Source: Bigelowiella natans CCMP2755
Lineage: Eukaryota; Protista; Cercozoa
DNA length: 64,000 nucleotides
Assembly: GCA_000320545.1 (NCBI GenBank)
Contig: ADNK01001009.1
Span: 1-64,000, forward strand
Reading direction: 5' to 3'
Shown here: in pieces, positions 43,786-55,998 of the stretch
Layout: the number at the start of each line of letters is the position of its first letter
Numbering within the stretch: position 1 is the first letter of the stretch
The notes under the pieces: model-generated
What the model was told of the DNA's origin: nothing
Databases searched by the model: none
What the model saw: only the letters and a program-made list of their open reading frames with translations
Position numbers and translations under genes: made by a program

Positions 43786-44993
43786 AAAATAATATTACCA
43801 CATGTGCATGTTGACCAAGCACACCACCATTATGATGCCCCAGGACTCCTGCACGATGATAATTAATGATGATAACGATGAGGAGGAGGAGGAGAAGGAG
43901 GAGAGTAGTTATCAGCTATCATGGCGACGCGACGAGAAAGAAGTACGATGGTAGAAGAAGGAAGAGCAAATCAACGATGCAGATCACGAGTTTGCGACGA
44001 TGATTTTTAATACCTTGATGTCGGACCAAACTTGCCCACTAGATACCCCCCCCTTAGGCCTGATGATGATGATTATGATGATGATGATGATGATGGTGAT
44101 GACGATGATGAGACGAAGAGGACAATTAACATCTTATCGTAGACAAAATCAATAGCGTTTCTAAATTGCGAGAGGAATGATTGAGAGCATACCGTGCTTC
44201 GGAGCCCTTTATGGCGATTTCTCCTCCTCCTCCTCCTCCTCCTTGTTCCTTGCGCACAAGCGGCAAGAGCTCTCCACTTGGACCCATCATCAAATTGGTG
44301 AATTCTTTCGTCCCCTCCTCCTCCCCCCCCCCCCTGCCTCGCGCTCGTCCCTTTGCTGCCTCGACCGAAGCTGCAGGGGACATGAAGTCTGAATAGGGAG
44401 TTTGGCACAGAAAGGAAGATGAGCAGAGAAGGAGGGGAGGCTACAACAACGTGTGTGCGTGTGTTTGTGTGTTTTGGGAATGGGAGAGAGAGAGAGAGAA
44501 GCATCAGGGTAATACGTCAAGATTGTGCGGCACACAGGAAGGCTAGATCTAAAAGCCATGTCGCAACACGGCAAGTTGATGGCTTCTTCTTCACCCCCCC
44601 TCTTTCACCCCTTGTTTTATACAACGTGAGTATATGTAAAAGGGATTCTCTTCTTTTTAGTCATAATGCCATCCTCGTGGCGGTGCGACAACATTAATAC
44701 TCGTCGCATATCATCATCATCATCATCATCATCATCACCTTCTGGGTTCTTAGTAGAGATGTACCACATACTTATCAACGGCAGCACCTACAAGCAGTAG
44801 TACACAGAATGGGGGAGGTCGAAGGAGGGGAGAGGGGGGTGTGCGGGTATGAAGGCAGTTGATTCATCATCAGCAGCAGCAGCCTCGATATTCAAAGACA
44901 TGCGACTATTTCAATCCGCCGCCTTGGCATTGATGGAAATTGTAAATACCAAAAGGCTACCAATAGCTGGCTCATACGGCCTATTGCATACTG

Positions 44994-45026
<33 letters not shown>

Positions 45027-45697
45027 TCACTACTAGTACCTGGGTCGGGGCCAAGAGAATGAAGAATACATCAGGAGATATATTTACGGCTTGCTGTAGC
45101 ATGCCCAACCCTGACAGGATCTAGATAGGTGGTCAGACGAAGAAGCATTAATTACCAAACATCTTGAATTTTTGTTCCTTCTTCTTCTTCTTCTTCTTCT
45201 TCTTCTTCATCATCATCATCCCATCTTGGTTATATATAAACCCAGTCGTCATCACTCACCCCCCCACGTCAGCGGGGAATTCACCGCCGTCGCATATCAT
45301 AGCCACTATCACTACACACACATGTGCTGGCAATCTGCAATGCTGCTATGGTGCGTACCCCCACGAAGATGACGTCGCCAAGTCTCACAGTGGCGAAGAG
45401 ATACGGGTCGTATTTTGTCAGGTACGGTAAGAATACCAACACCTGAGCGTCGATAGAGGGTACGTGTGAGGAGCTGTCTGCTTTGAAACTACAATCTAGG
45501 CCCTCTTCCATTCAGTATTTCAGCTTAAAAAACGGTTGGTATGAGATGGTTAGGCTCTACCTGGAATGTACCGACCATGCCCCCCATTATTGACATCTAC
45601 AATAAGGAAAACACAGTTAAATCATACCACACTTATTTTCGCCTTTCGCCCTAACAGGAACACTTAAGGCGGACACATCACGCGGTGAGTTATCGGA

Positions 45698-45751
<54 letters not shown>

Positions 45752-46328
45752 CCAGAAGATAGACAACCGACATCCCAAAGGCAGTGTAGGTGTAGGTGAA
45801 GGCCAAGACTGCACAGAACCCGGAGGAGACGATTATCACGAAGCAAATGGCAGCTTCCGTCGGGATAGGCATGACAACTGATGATGAGAAAGTTACGATG
45901 TTCACTCGTACTGTTTCAGTTCGAATGGGAGATGGTGACCCCCATTTAGTTCTTCCTCATTTATTTTTAAATTCTTTCTACTCTTCTGATTATAATTCTA
46001 TTCAACGCACATGTGTCGACGAGCACGTAGGTCAAGGTGATGACTAGCCCCAGGTTGATCGCGATGTTCATCCACGCGGCAAGCATAAGTCCTTCCGGCG
46101 CCGTCTGCTGGATGATGGGAACCTCCACGAATAGGGCTGATAAGAAAACCAACATTAGAAGGCGAAAGGGGTCGCCGTCATAGTCTGCACGTCGTCTTGC
46201 TTACCACACGGCAGCGCCCAACTCGGGTTTATCCCCAACACGAGGAATGCCGTTATGAGTTTCCAGTCCCTATACCAAGCTCCATTCTCCTCCAACCCAC
46301 TCTTCGAGGTGGTCATGCCACCGGCCAT
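40560..46328 (-). CDS. SLC52/RFVT-like (riboflavin transporter family) multi-pass membrane protein; many exons, 3' end approximate
   Basis: MAGGMTTSK..KLITAFLVLGINPSWALPCA|LFVEVPIIQQTAPEGLMLAAWMNIAINLGLVITLTY resembles the SLC52 motif GSW..NG.WVELP...PEGW.LP..L....NLG. Later MSVVYLL..VFLPYLTKYDPYLFATVRLG..GLGMLQQA parallels FLPF......FFLGQGLS..LALVQG. Confidence 0.68.
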
Positions 46329-46670
46329 CGTATCGCGTGTGCAACAGACGAGGGGACGGAGGAAGAAGGAGTGGTGTGACTACGCCGACTTTGAACCACT
46401 TCTCGTTGGATGGAAGAGAAATTTTTTAAAACAACTAAACCGCCGTTCGGCTGTGTCGCATCAGAAAACTCTCCGGGGATTTCTGACATCCTTGAAAGAA
46501 TAGAAAATTCTCGCCCAAACCATGTCATGCGTCAACCCGTCTGACGGTGAGTATCATGAAAAATGGATAGCATGTGCGCCTCTAGAAATCCGAAGAATGC
46601 CCTCTGTTTCTCCCATATGACTCCCACATGAGTATGTCGCCGGAATAAAAAAGGAGAGACCTCATCAGAT

Positions 46671-47804
46671 ATGGCTTCCGAGAGGTTCTTTCTTCGCAAG
46701 GCTTTTCCCTTGCTGGGGGTCACTGTGGTCTTCATTTTGACATGGGTATGGTTATGGTCGGATTGGGTGATGAGATTCGGGATGATGATACTCTTGGGAG
46801 CTTACATGCTGTTGGTGCAGTGGATGCGTCGAGAGAGAATGCGCTTCCTTCAGAGAATCAAAGACCCTGTAAAGCTAGCCGCGGCCCTGGCTTGGGTTGA
46901 GTATCCCCTGATTTTTCACATCTCCCTTGAATTCGGTTTGTTCAAGACCTATGCTATTCCTTCCGTGTCCAAGATACTCGCTGAGACGGGCCAGTTTACA
47001 AAAAGTGTGAATTCTTGTTTGCGTCGCTACGATGACACAAACCTCATCATCAATGAGATGATCGCTCACGGTGATCTTGACCATCCAAGATCGTTGAGAG
47101 CCTTGAGGCGGCTTAATCATATTCACGGTCACTATCCCATCAAGAATGAAGATCACCTTTACACACTCTCCGTGTTTATCTGCGAACCGATCGCGTGGAC
47201 TGCCAAGTATGGCTACCGCGACTTGACCGTGCGCGAGAGAGATGCCGTCTTTAGCACGTGGGTTGAGATTGGATCACGAATGGGTATTGAAGGCATACCC
47301 AAAACGTACGAGGAGATGTTGGCATTTTATAAGGCCTACGAGAGTAAACACTTTCGATACAGCAAGAACAACCGAAAAGTGGCAGATGGGACCTTCGCGC
47401 TCTTACTGAAGGATGTGCCTCCACCACTTCGACCCTATGTGACGCCTTTAACATTTGCCCTGATGTCCCCACTACTACGAACGGCTATGGGGTATCAAGA
47501 CCCCTCCGAAGCCGTGGTGCTACTTGTGTCCACGGTGCTGATGTTGAGGAAGTCGTTTGTTAAGTACCTTCTACCACCCAGGCCATTTTGGCTCGAATCC
47601 TCACGTATCTCGAAGAATATTGGGGCGAATGGGAAGTATCACACACGTTACCATTTTTATGGCGAAGCGTATCCAGAGGGTTACCGAATTGAACATCTTG
47701 GACCTCCAAATATCGCCAAAACAGGGACATTGGCTTCGGTTTACGATACGAAATCGGGAAAGAAGAAGATTTTGGAAACTAAAACGGTATCTGAATTCAG
47801 ATAG
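46671..47804 (+). CDS. ER-bound oxygenase MpaB / DUF2236 (Lcp-like heme oxygenase fold), intronless, with N-terminal TM helices
   Basis: 377 aa single ORF: SLEFGLFKTYAIPSVSKILAETGQF..RRYDDT..ALRRLNHIHGHYPIKNEDHLYTLSVFICEPIAW..YGYRDLT..E..A....W.EIGSRMGIEGIP. Confidence 0.88.
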   Translation: MASERFFLRKAFPLLGVTVVFILTWVWLWSDWVMRFGMMILLGAYMLLVQWMRRERMRFLQRIKDPVKLAAALAWVEYPLIFHISLEFGLFKTYAIPSVSKILAETGQFTKSVNSCLRRYDDTNLIINEMIAHGDLDHPRSLRALRRLNHIHGHYPIKNEDHLYTLSVFICEPIAWTAKYGYRDLTVRERDAVFSTWVEIGSRMGIEGIPKTYEEMLAFYKAYESKHFRYSKNNRKVADGTFALLLKDVPPPLRPYVTPLTFALMSPLLRTAMGYQDPSEAVVLLVSTVLMLRKSFVKYLLPPRPFWLESSRISKNIGANGKYHTRYHFYGEAYPEGYRIEHLGPPNIAKTGTLASVYDTKSGKKKILETKTVSEFR

Positions 47805-48159
47805 CCTCAAATTAAATTATGATATTGCTGAATGATGCGAGAAAAATGAACATTATGGAGAAAAAGAAGAAGTATGATAGGTAATTAACATATTACCATG
47901 TATGTATGCTAGTATGGCTCTCAACTGTCAAATCGAGTTCCACAGCCGATCATGACACGGAGCAAAGCAAAGTAAAAGATTGATTATCAAGCTCCCTTTG
48001 CATACAGCTGAATTGGACATGCTTTGTAGCAGAACTAGCGCAAGCTAGCTAGAGTGCTAGCTAGCTAGCCACTACGCGCTAGATTAGAGAATGCTGAAAT
48101 GTGGAGCAAGCGTCTAGCTAACTAGGGTGCCTGGCCTACAAATACCGTGGAAAATGAAA

Positions 48160-48226
48160 TGTCTATGAGACGGGTGTAAAAAGTGATTAAATCTTTTCAA
48201 CTGTCATCCTGATGTAGCTCTGTCAA
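48160..48226 (-). repeat. Dispersed intergenic repeat, diverged copy
   Basis: Reverse complement ttgacagagctacatcaggatgacagttgaa...ttaatcactttttacacccgtctcat. Confidence 0.7.
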
Positions 48227-48666
48227 GAGTCTTTAGCTAGTTAGGCTCTTGACGTGCAAGATGCGTAGTGGCACAATTGGCTACAGCGGACACTGTGACA
48301 CACACATCTACATGCAGCAATGCCAGAATGATGGACGCTATTCTAGCATTGCGCGCGCTGCACACATGCGACGCATCCACACCCACACATTGAACAATGT
48401 CGCGGTTTAGTTCGATTGATGTCTTTAGATGTGCTTTGGGTAATGCAGCAGTTGCTCATGTGCCCAGTTACAATGTCTAGATGCATGTCCTATGTGTGCA
48501 TTTCATGGCAGTATTTCCTGGCGATTTGATGCTAATAATTTCTTGACTTTAAGTCACGCTGATCATAAATCGAAGCATAATTTTATCTTGACTTGCTCGT
48601 TCATAGCATGTCAGATGCTCTTTAACTACAATTTTTTAGTGAATAAGCTCTGATTTGAAAAATTGT

Positions 48667-51600
48667 TTATTGTTCACCATCGGCTTGCTCCTTTGAAAAT
48701 AAATTCCAAATATGAGATGAGAGGATGACTCTATTGTTTCCATCAGGCTCTTTCAAAGATGCCTGAATTTTGGAAGTAAATAAGTCATAGGTTGAAGTGA
48801 AACTGTGTGAGCGATTTTCAGCGCGCAAGCTTTTCGGTCCGCGTTCCTGTAAATACTCCAATTAGCTTATTAATTTTATGTCATGCCTGATCAAATTGTT
48901 ATGAACCTCGTTGTTATGACGTCTTATTCCAGTTGTTGAAGAACTTCGCACAGGATTTCTATGTTCCTTCGACTTTGCTTTAATATCCTCTTCTTTATTT
49001 GTCTCCTCAGAGGCAACTACGGCTGTCTTGTAAGAAGGTGGAGAAGGCCCAGATCTCGAATCGACGTTTACTGAATTCCCCTGATAAAATCCCAAGTTCG
49101 ACATTATCAAAAAGTACTAGCTGTCTTAATTTGATAGTAAATTTCAGCTACCTCATTTCTTGACGAGCATTGGCTTGGTTTTTGAGGTGGAGGTTTGTAT
49201 TTAACTGAGCTATCCTTCCAAAATGTACTGCTTCTTCTTCTATGGCTCTTTCGTACTTTCTGGTTCGTTGAAACACTAGATCCAGCAGGCGGAGAAGATA
49301 GTATTTTAACCTGGAATCGAATATCAAATGCTTGCATGGTGGGATAAAAATTGCACTACTTGCTTTACCTCCGTAATCAAAGGTAGTGTTTCCATCTCTG
49401 CTGGTCCCACGGAAATAGATCTTTTTGTTTCGATTGGTATCGCTTCAACTAGTATAGGAACTGAATTCGACCTGACTACTATCGGCACTGAATGTGACCT
49501 CCCTACTATTGGCACAGGTTTTTTGTTCACATGGTTAGCCGCGGCTTGGCTTAACTCCGCGTCCACACTTTCCTTTTTCTAAGATGAAGAAAATTAAGTT
49601 TTGAAAAGTTACTTAAATACGTCATTGAGGACCTTTTTTTCAATTTGGTGAGCAATTTGAGCTAAGATATCATCGTATTCCTCACCCTGATGTAGTAGCA
49701 CATACTTGAATAAACTATGAGAGTTATGTATTTAGAAATCCACGATCACAAGAAAACAAAAATGAAGATTCGATAAACCTTTTCATTGTCATTTTTCATT
49801 GGAGCTTCCGCAACGACACAGAGTCTTGATTTCATTAGTTTAGCATCTAAGTTTTAGCTAAGTGTTAAATGATTCAAAAAGAATCTGGGAGATAGCTCAC
49901 CATCTTTAGTCTCGAAGCTTTCAGACTGTAATCTTGTCAGAGAACCTTCACTAATTCTTCCAGGTTCAGGTTCAGGTTCATAGCCCACCTCTTGTTTCTT
50001 GAATTTTTGAGTGCTCTTTTCGTCACTTTTATGAGCGTCTTCAGTTTTTCCCTCCTGTTCTTCGCTTCCAGATACATTCGTAGCATCTGGTATGGTTTCG
50101 CTTACTTTGGTCATCGCTACTTCATTGATAGAAAGGATTTTTACACTATCATGTTCTTCAACCAATGGTGTAGATATCTCCGCGCCATTACTAGCATCTT
50201 GCTTCCTTATTGGTTCATCCGGGGACTCATCATTGCCGAGAATCTCTTTGATCTCATCGAAGCTAAGGTTACGTTCCCTTGTGGATCCTGACATGTTACC
50301 TGCGATTTCTCCTTCGTGAATTAACTCTTCCGTGCGAGCGTCTGACTCTCTTTCCTCACTATTTATATCCTCTGTATTTGTGTTAAGCCAGGAAAAATCC
50401 TCCATCTCCCTGATTTCTTCCATCAGTAGATCACTTCGAGCTCGTGTCCTTCGTTTATCCTTAGAGACCTTTCCATTGGGTTCTTGGTCCTCAGGATATT
50501 CCAGTGAGTCCAACCTTGGTAGAGAACCACTTCGTGACATTTCCCTAATTACTTCTTGCTCAACGTCTTCCTGTAGTTCCTTCGCCTTTCTTTCTTTCTC
50601 CTGCTCAATTTGATCCCTAGTTGGTTCTTCTATTTCTTTGCTTTTGGAAGCTATGACATCATTGTGCTTATGATCGCTATCTTCTTTCGTCGTTTCTTCC
50701 ACTTGTAACTCATTTTTCTCCAGCGTTGATCTTTCTTTCTGTTTTATAAGTTTTTCCACCCAAGCATTGTGTCTTGCATCGACTTCCTTCTCAGATTTTT
50801 TTGCTTCGGGAATTTTTTCATTATCTCTCTTTTGTGAAGGTGGCTTTTCTCCGTCTTGATTACCAGGTTCTGGTGTTTTCGTTCTCTGTAAAGTTGATTG
50901 CTCCTCATGGTCTTCTGGTTTGTACGTTTTAGAGACTGAAGGGGATTCACGCTCCTCTTCCTCATGAAGTTTTTTCCTTATCTTACTTAGAATCCCTTCT
51001 TTACTAATTGGTGTTGGGGACTTCTTTATTTCTTTTTGCTTCTTTACTTTCTGTTTGGATTTTTGGCGTAGAATGATCTCGTGTCCATTGCTGAGCCTTC
51101 TACTTCGCTTTGTTCTATCAGGCTGCCTATTAGGGCTTCCATGGGTATGTTTACCTCTATTTGTCTCCTTCACATCTCTAAGAGGAACCTCAGAATGTTC
51201 TGGAATAGGTGAATCTACTTTCTGTTCTCCAGGTCCTACAACTACCTTCAACTCTGCAGGGTTATCGAGAGGATTTTCTACTTGCATCCCCAAATTAGTC
51301 CTAAACTTGACCTAAAAGATAAAATTACAAAGGTTGTATAAATTTATTAAATATGAATGAAAATGGACCGACAAAGCCAGATTTATACCTCTTGATCATA
51401 GGCTCCCTTCTTTTCCCTATAATCTTCGGGCGAATAATCTTCGAACCCACCGACAATCGTTAATGGGAACATAATTCTTGGTGCCGGAGTCATGGGAATA
51501 TCAAGGCAGACAGTAATCGCATGTTCTACTGAGATAGTTTTACTACTCAGAGCCGGAATGGCGAAATCAAGCGGAAAATCCAAAAGTAGGATACGATTTT

Positions 51601-53426
51601 TCTTTCCATTAGCATTTTGAGCGGAGCCTACATCTCTGCATAGAGCAAGGTTATCTCTAAAGTATAGTTTCCTTTTCATGAAATAGACTGTTTGAAGCAG
51701 CAGAATTGTAACGGAGCGCACCATGAAGTCAGTGTAATTTTCGATACTAAGGTGGAGAGGAACCACCATTCGCCTTTCATCTTTAGCAAACAGGGATCTC
51801 CCCAGTTTAGCCTTTATACCTGCGTAACCAGATACGAAGCAACCCATTTTCTTCACTAATACCTTGTCACTCTCTTCAACGTATTGCAATTTCTGCTTCA
51901 AGACTTTGCTAGTATTAGGTTTCACTCTAGGAGACAAGACGGTCACCCTTGCCTCTGTTTTGAGGTTTTGTTCTTGTGGCTGAAAAACTGTTGCCCTGAT
52001 ACGATAGTCTATCCAGCATCCCTCTTTCTTGGTTCCATATGACATTGTTGGAGGACTGGTCTCTGGTATTTGAAATGAAAATTTTAGCTGTTCTTCCTGC
52101 ATTTCTTCAACCTTAGAATTCCAAAAACTTCTTTTGAATGGTTTGGACGTTTGGGAGAGAATCTTTTTAATAACATGAACAGGTTCCTTGCCGTTCTGAG
52201 AGCTTCGTCCATGTTCAAGTCCTATAAATGCAACTTCCACGCGTCGAATCTGATCAAACGAAAAATGTGTCATTAACATTGAAATTTTTACATGGGAAAT
52301 TGTTTATAAGATAGGCACCTTCGTTTGATCTCGAACATTAAGAACAACATTCCCAGATACTGGATCCCCCGGAACACATTTATCTAAGTCTAAAACTATT
52401 CTAACATCGATTCTAGAATTCGCCCTACGTGATTCTCCGTATTCCTGAACAATCTGGTCCTCGGGATTTCTTGGTGTTGGGGGCGGTTGAAAAGTAGGAA
52501 CAGCATGAAATACTTGTTTCCCATCAAATTTAAGTATCACTTGATTCGTCCTAGGTGGTGTCCCCTGGGAAATTGCAATACGATAGTAGAATTATGATGA
52601 GAGAAAAGGCAGAAGAGTAGTATTTGTATCATACTTTGGATTGAGCCCCGCGACCTCTTAAGGAAGACATTAAACTTTTCGTTCTACGAGTCGAACTGAG
52701 ACTACGATCACGTACGTCATTACGCTGGTCTAGAGATAGATTTCTTCGGCTAAGCCTTCGAACTCCACTGTACTCCTTTCTAATTGATGACCTTGATATA
52801 CTTCTACTTCTTGTATACCCAGCAGGTCTTTCCATGGGTAAAGGGTCAGGGTTATCAATGTCATCGCTGTGTATAGAGTCGATGGTCTCTTTTCTTTCAG
52901 TATCGTCTTTGGATATCATCAAGGCTCGATTCGGACTCTCGCGTTTTCCCTTTATATTGAGTAAATTTAATAAGTTTTTCAATCAATATAATGGATAATA
53001 TTAACAGAAAATAATCTGTGGATACAGTACCCTAGCTGAGTATATAGAATTAATAGGAAGTCCATGAAGATCTTCGTCGCCTAACGAGAGCGCACCGGGT
53101 TTCTTTGGAAGTGGTCTTTCAGGAGTGAGCCTCGGTTTCGATTTTTTTGGCATTGTTCCTTTACGGAACGCTATACTGAAGGCTTGGTCTTCTGAATCTG
53201 TTTCAGCTGCGCCAAACTTACCTTTGGTACCGTTGGTGGTATCAGAGACATTTTTCATTCCTTTTTCATCATTGGCATGATCATCTCTGCCACCACCTAA
53301 ATTGACATTAGGTTTTTCGCCACCCACTTCTTCCTCATCGGAAGAGGATGAGGCTCCGACCACGGTTTTGATGTCGGCAGCCTCATCGTATCTAGGTGGC
53401 GGGCGGGAGCCAAGATCCTCGTCCAT
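48667..53426 (-). CDS. Large alpha-arrestin-domain protein with PPxY motifs and long charged low-complexity regions
   Basis: IVLDLDKCVPGDPVSGNVVLNV|..IRRVEVAFIGLE..FSFQIPETSPPTMSYG..WIDYRIRATV (arrestin N). KKMGCFVSG..VPLHLSIENYTDFMVRSVTILLLQ..ISVEHAITVCLDIP (arrestin C). PPRY near the N-terminus and PPSY near the C-terminus. Joined from ORFs 53001-53426, 52629-52982, 52304-52540, 51383-52279, 49854-51293, 49107-49566 and 48667-49110; junctions not all resolved. Confidence 0.75.
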
Positions 53427-53852
53427 TCGGACAGTGGTTTTTGCCGCAGGAAGCGCTTGATAAACTCATAGGAAAAATCAGCGCAAAAAAAAAACTTCCC
53501 GACGCCGAATATCTGATAAGATTGGTGCGAATTCATGTCGAGCGAGGTTATCGCCCTCGATTTCCAGCAATCGCACACCCGCTTTATTATCAGTCGACAC
53601 GCGCGAACGTGGGTTGGTGTTGCCGTTTGATGGGGCCATTCGTGCGACAATGTTTTTGCCATGGCGTTGGTTGGAAACCGCATGTGTTTGTTTTTAATGA
53701 GGAAAAGGGGAAGAGGGGGAAGAGTTTCCCATCCTGGAAACACATGGCGGATCAGCAGTGTGTCATTGCAAAGTTGCATGACCTGTACTTCAAGGTTATC
53801 GTGACATGTTCACTTAAATGAGTAGCGGTTCTAACCGAAGTCTTCGTAAGAT

Positions 53853-54866
53853 GTGATCAAAGCATTTATTGATGCGCAGCTCGAACATCTTGCTGAATGC
53901 TTGGAGGCAAAGAGCCTGGGTCTATTCAATCAAGCAAACATTCTACTTAAGAAAGCCAAAGATTTCAAGCAGAAAAGTGTCACACTACGAGAGGAAAGCA
54001 CAGTACTATGCAAGGTAGGTAACAGGAATCTTACCAAAATTATTATATACTTAATGAGTGTACTACAGCTTGTTCAGCGGATACGAATTGGAAGTGATGA
54101 TAAAGAGGCGGCAAGTGACGTCACAGACGAAATTGATACAATTCCAACTGACGAAATTGACACAGTTCCAATAGAGTTCAAATGTCCTATTTCCGGTGAG
54201 GTGATGAAAAACCCCAGTGTTAATGTAGTCGGGCAGACTTACGATATGGCCTCAATCAAAGAATGGTATTCGCGTGGGAATCTAACAGATCCCCTGACTG
54301 GCAAGCTGGTTAAAAGTACTAAAATCTTTCCTAATTTAGCGCTCAAATCCCAAATTTTACGATGGCACCGAGAAGTTAGATATAAAATTTCGAAGACTCC
54401 CAAAATTGATAAAGTCTCCAAATCATTAAATTATTCATCATCTATCGGGACAATACTTAGATCAAAAAGAAGGACAGAGTGTTCGAAAGAAGTCAATATA
54501 CCTGAGGATGTCCGGATAAATGATAAGCGTCCCAAGAGTGAAAAGCATCCTTGTGCATTAAAAAACAGGGACACAATATCTGACAGACGTAACGATCTTC
54601 AGTTACAATCCCAATTTGATCGGGAGATTCTTGCAATGGGAACGTCCCCTCAATTTTCTCAATCTTTGGTTGTTCAGGAGAAATACGATTCTGAAACGAA
54701 ATTGGTTGCACATGTGAATGGAATTCACCGTCGTAAACAACCTTCTGAGAGCATAAAATGTGAATTGTGTGGCGTAACTTTTTCAGATGCTGTGGATTAT
54801 CGATATCACAAAGCTCTTGATCATTTTGATTGTCTAAATATTAGTAGTGATGATGGTGGTGAATGA
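53853..54866 (+). CDS. U-box E3 ubiquitin ligase with a C-terminal C2H2 zinc finger; upstream exons probably extend to about 53535
   Basis: VPIEFKCPISGEVMKNPSVNVVGQTYDMASIKEWYSRGNLTDPLTG..IFPNLALKSQILRW; CELCGVTFSDAVDYRYHKALDH (C-x2-C-x12-H-x4-H). Confidence 0.85.
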   Translation: MIKAFIDAQLEHLAECLEAKSLGLFNQANILLKKAKDFKQKSVTLREESTVLCKVGNRNLTKIIIYLMSVLQLVQRIRIGSDDKEAASDVTDEIDTIPTDEIDTVPIEFKCPISGEVMKNPSVNVVGQTYDMASIKEWYSRGNLTDPLTGKLVKSTKIFPNLALKSQILRWHREVRYKISKTPKIDKVSKSLNYSSSIGTILRSKRRTECSKEVNIPEDVRINDKRPKSEKHPCALKNRDTISDRRNDLQLQSQFDREILAMGTSPQFSQSLVVQEKYDSETKLVAHVNGIHRRKQPSESIKCELCGVTFSDAVDYRYHKALDHFDCLNISSDDGGE

Positions 54867-55606
54867 AATTTACAATGCTCTCAATGGCGTTTTGCACAGT
54901 TTTAATTTAAGCAGAGTCATCAACGGTAATTGGCTGGAGATAAACATCTGCGCATGTTGACAAAAAATCATACTCTGCATGCCACACATGAATAGATGAG
55001 CGAGGAGAGCATAACAAACCAGTTCAGTAGTCAATGCATGCAAGCATGCATTCACAACACGCTGATGACATGCAAAACAGCGCAACCATGTGCCCATGCC
55101 CACATGCTAGCTAATTAGCAGCCTAGCTAGCTAGGTCGCCGCGGAGCATCATTCATTTCGCTGTCATTTGGCACTGCTAGCTAGCTAGACTGCTAGACCA
55201 GTCTTCTTCACCACTTCTAGACTTGCTAGCTTGTTCAACATCTTAGCTATTTGAGCAGATGATTTCTTCACTCTGAGCGCCAAGCGATGCTTGCTAGCTA
55301 GCTAGCTTGATCAACTTACAATGAAATGAACCCATGACAGCATGCTAGCATGCTGCATTCCAAAAGCAAAAGGGTTCTTGACATCATTTAGATTGTATTC
55401 AAGAAGAGAGGTCTAGCTATTCTAGTATTACCACATGAGGGGTTGTGCATAGTTCTGTACATCAATAGCGTTAATCCACACAAGCTATCACGCATGCGAT
55501 CTCGCTCTTGCACTAAATACTCTTTGAATTATACGATTCTAGCTGTATCTCATTTGGGCCTATCCCTTCCTACACCACATCATTTCTTCGCTTGATACGA
55601 CCGCCA

Positions 55607-55957
55607 CTACTTTTTGGTTCGCTTCTTTGATGAAGACGACACTTTCTTTTCGTATTTATTGCTACATTCGCTTAGCGATAACGCCACAGCCTGAAGCAAG
55701 CATGCAGCAGCAGCAGCAGCAGCAGCAGTAGGAGAAACAACATCCGTTAAACCAATCAGGCAATTACAATACACAGACAAACAAATCGCGCCCGCCCATA
55801 ACACACACACACACACACACACACACATATCAATAACAGCCAAACAATGTTTTTCCAGATATAACATACCATCATAAGGTCTTCTTGTTCATCGTACTCG
55901 TGAGTGAGGCTCATAGACTCTGCGGTGGGAGAATCAGCAGAAACGGGGCTTTTATAT

Positions 55958-55998
<41 letters not shown>

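Noticed and set aside
53396-53821. 141-aa ORF overlapping the arrestin start, superficially like a transposase zinc finger
   Set aside because: It begins at a non-ATG codon, spans promoter and probable intron sequence, and has no DDE or TIR evidence. Only its 3' part is likely a U-box gene exon.
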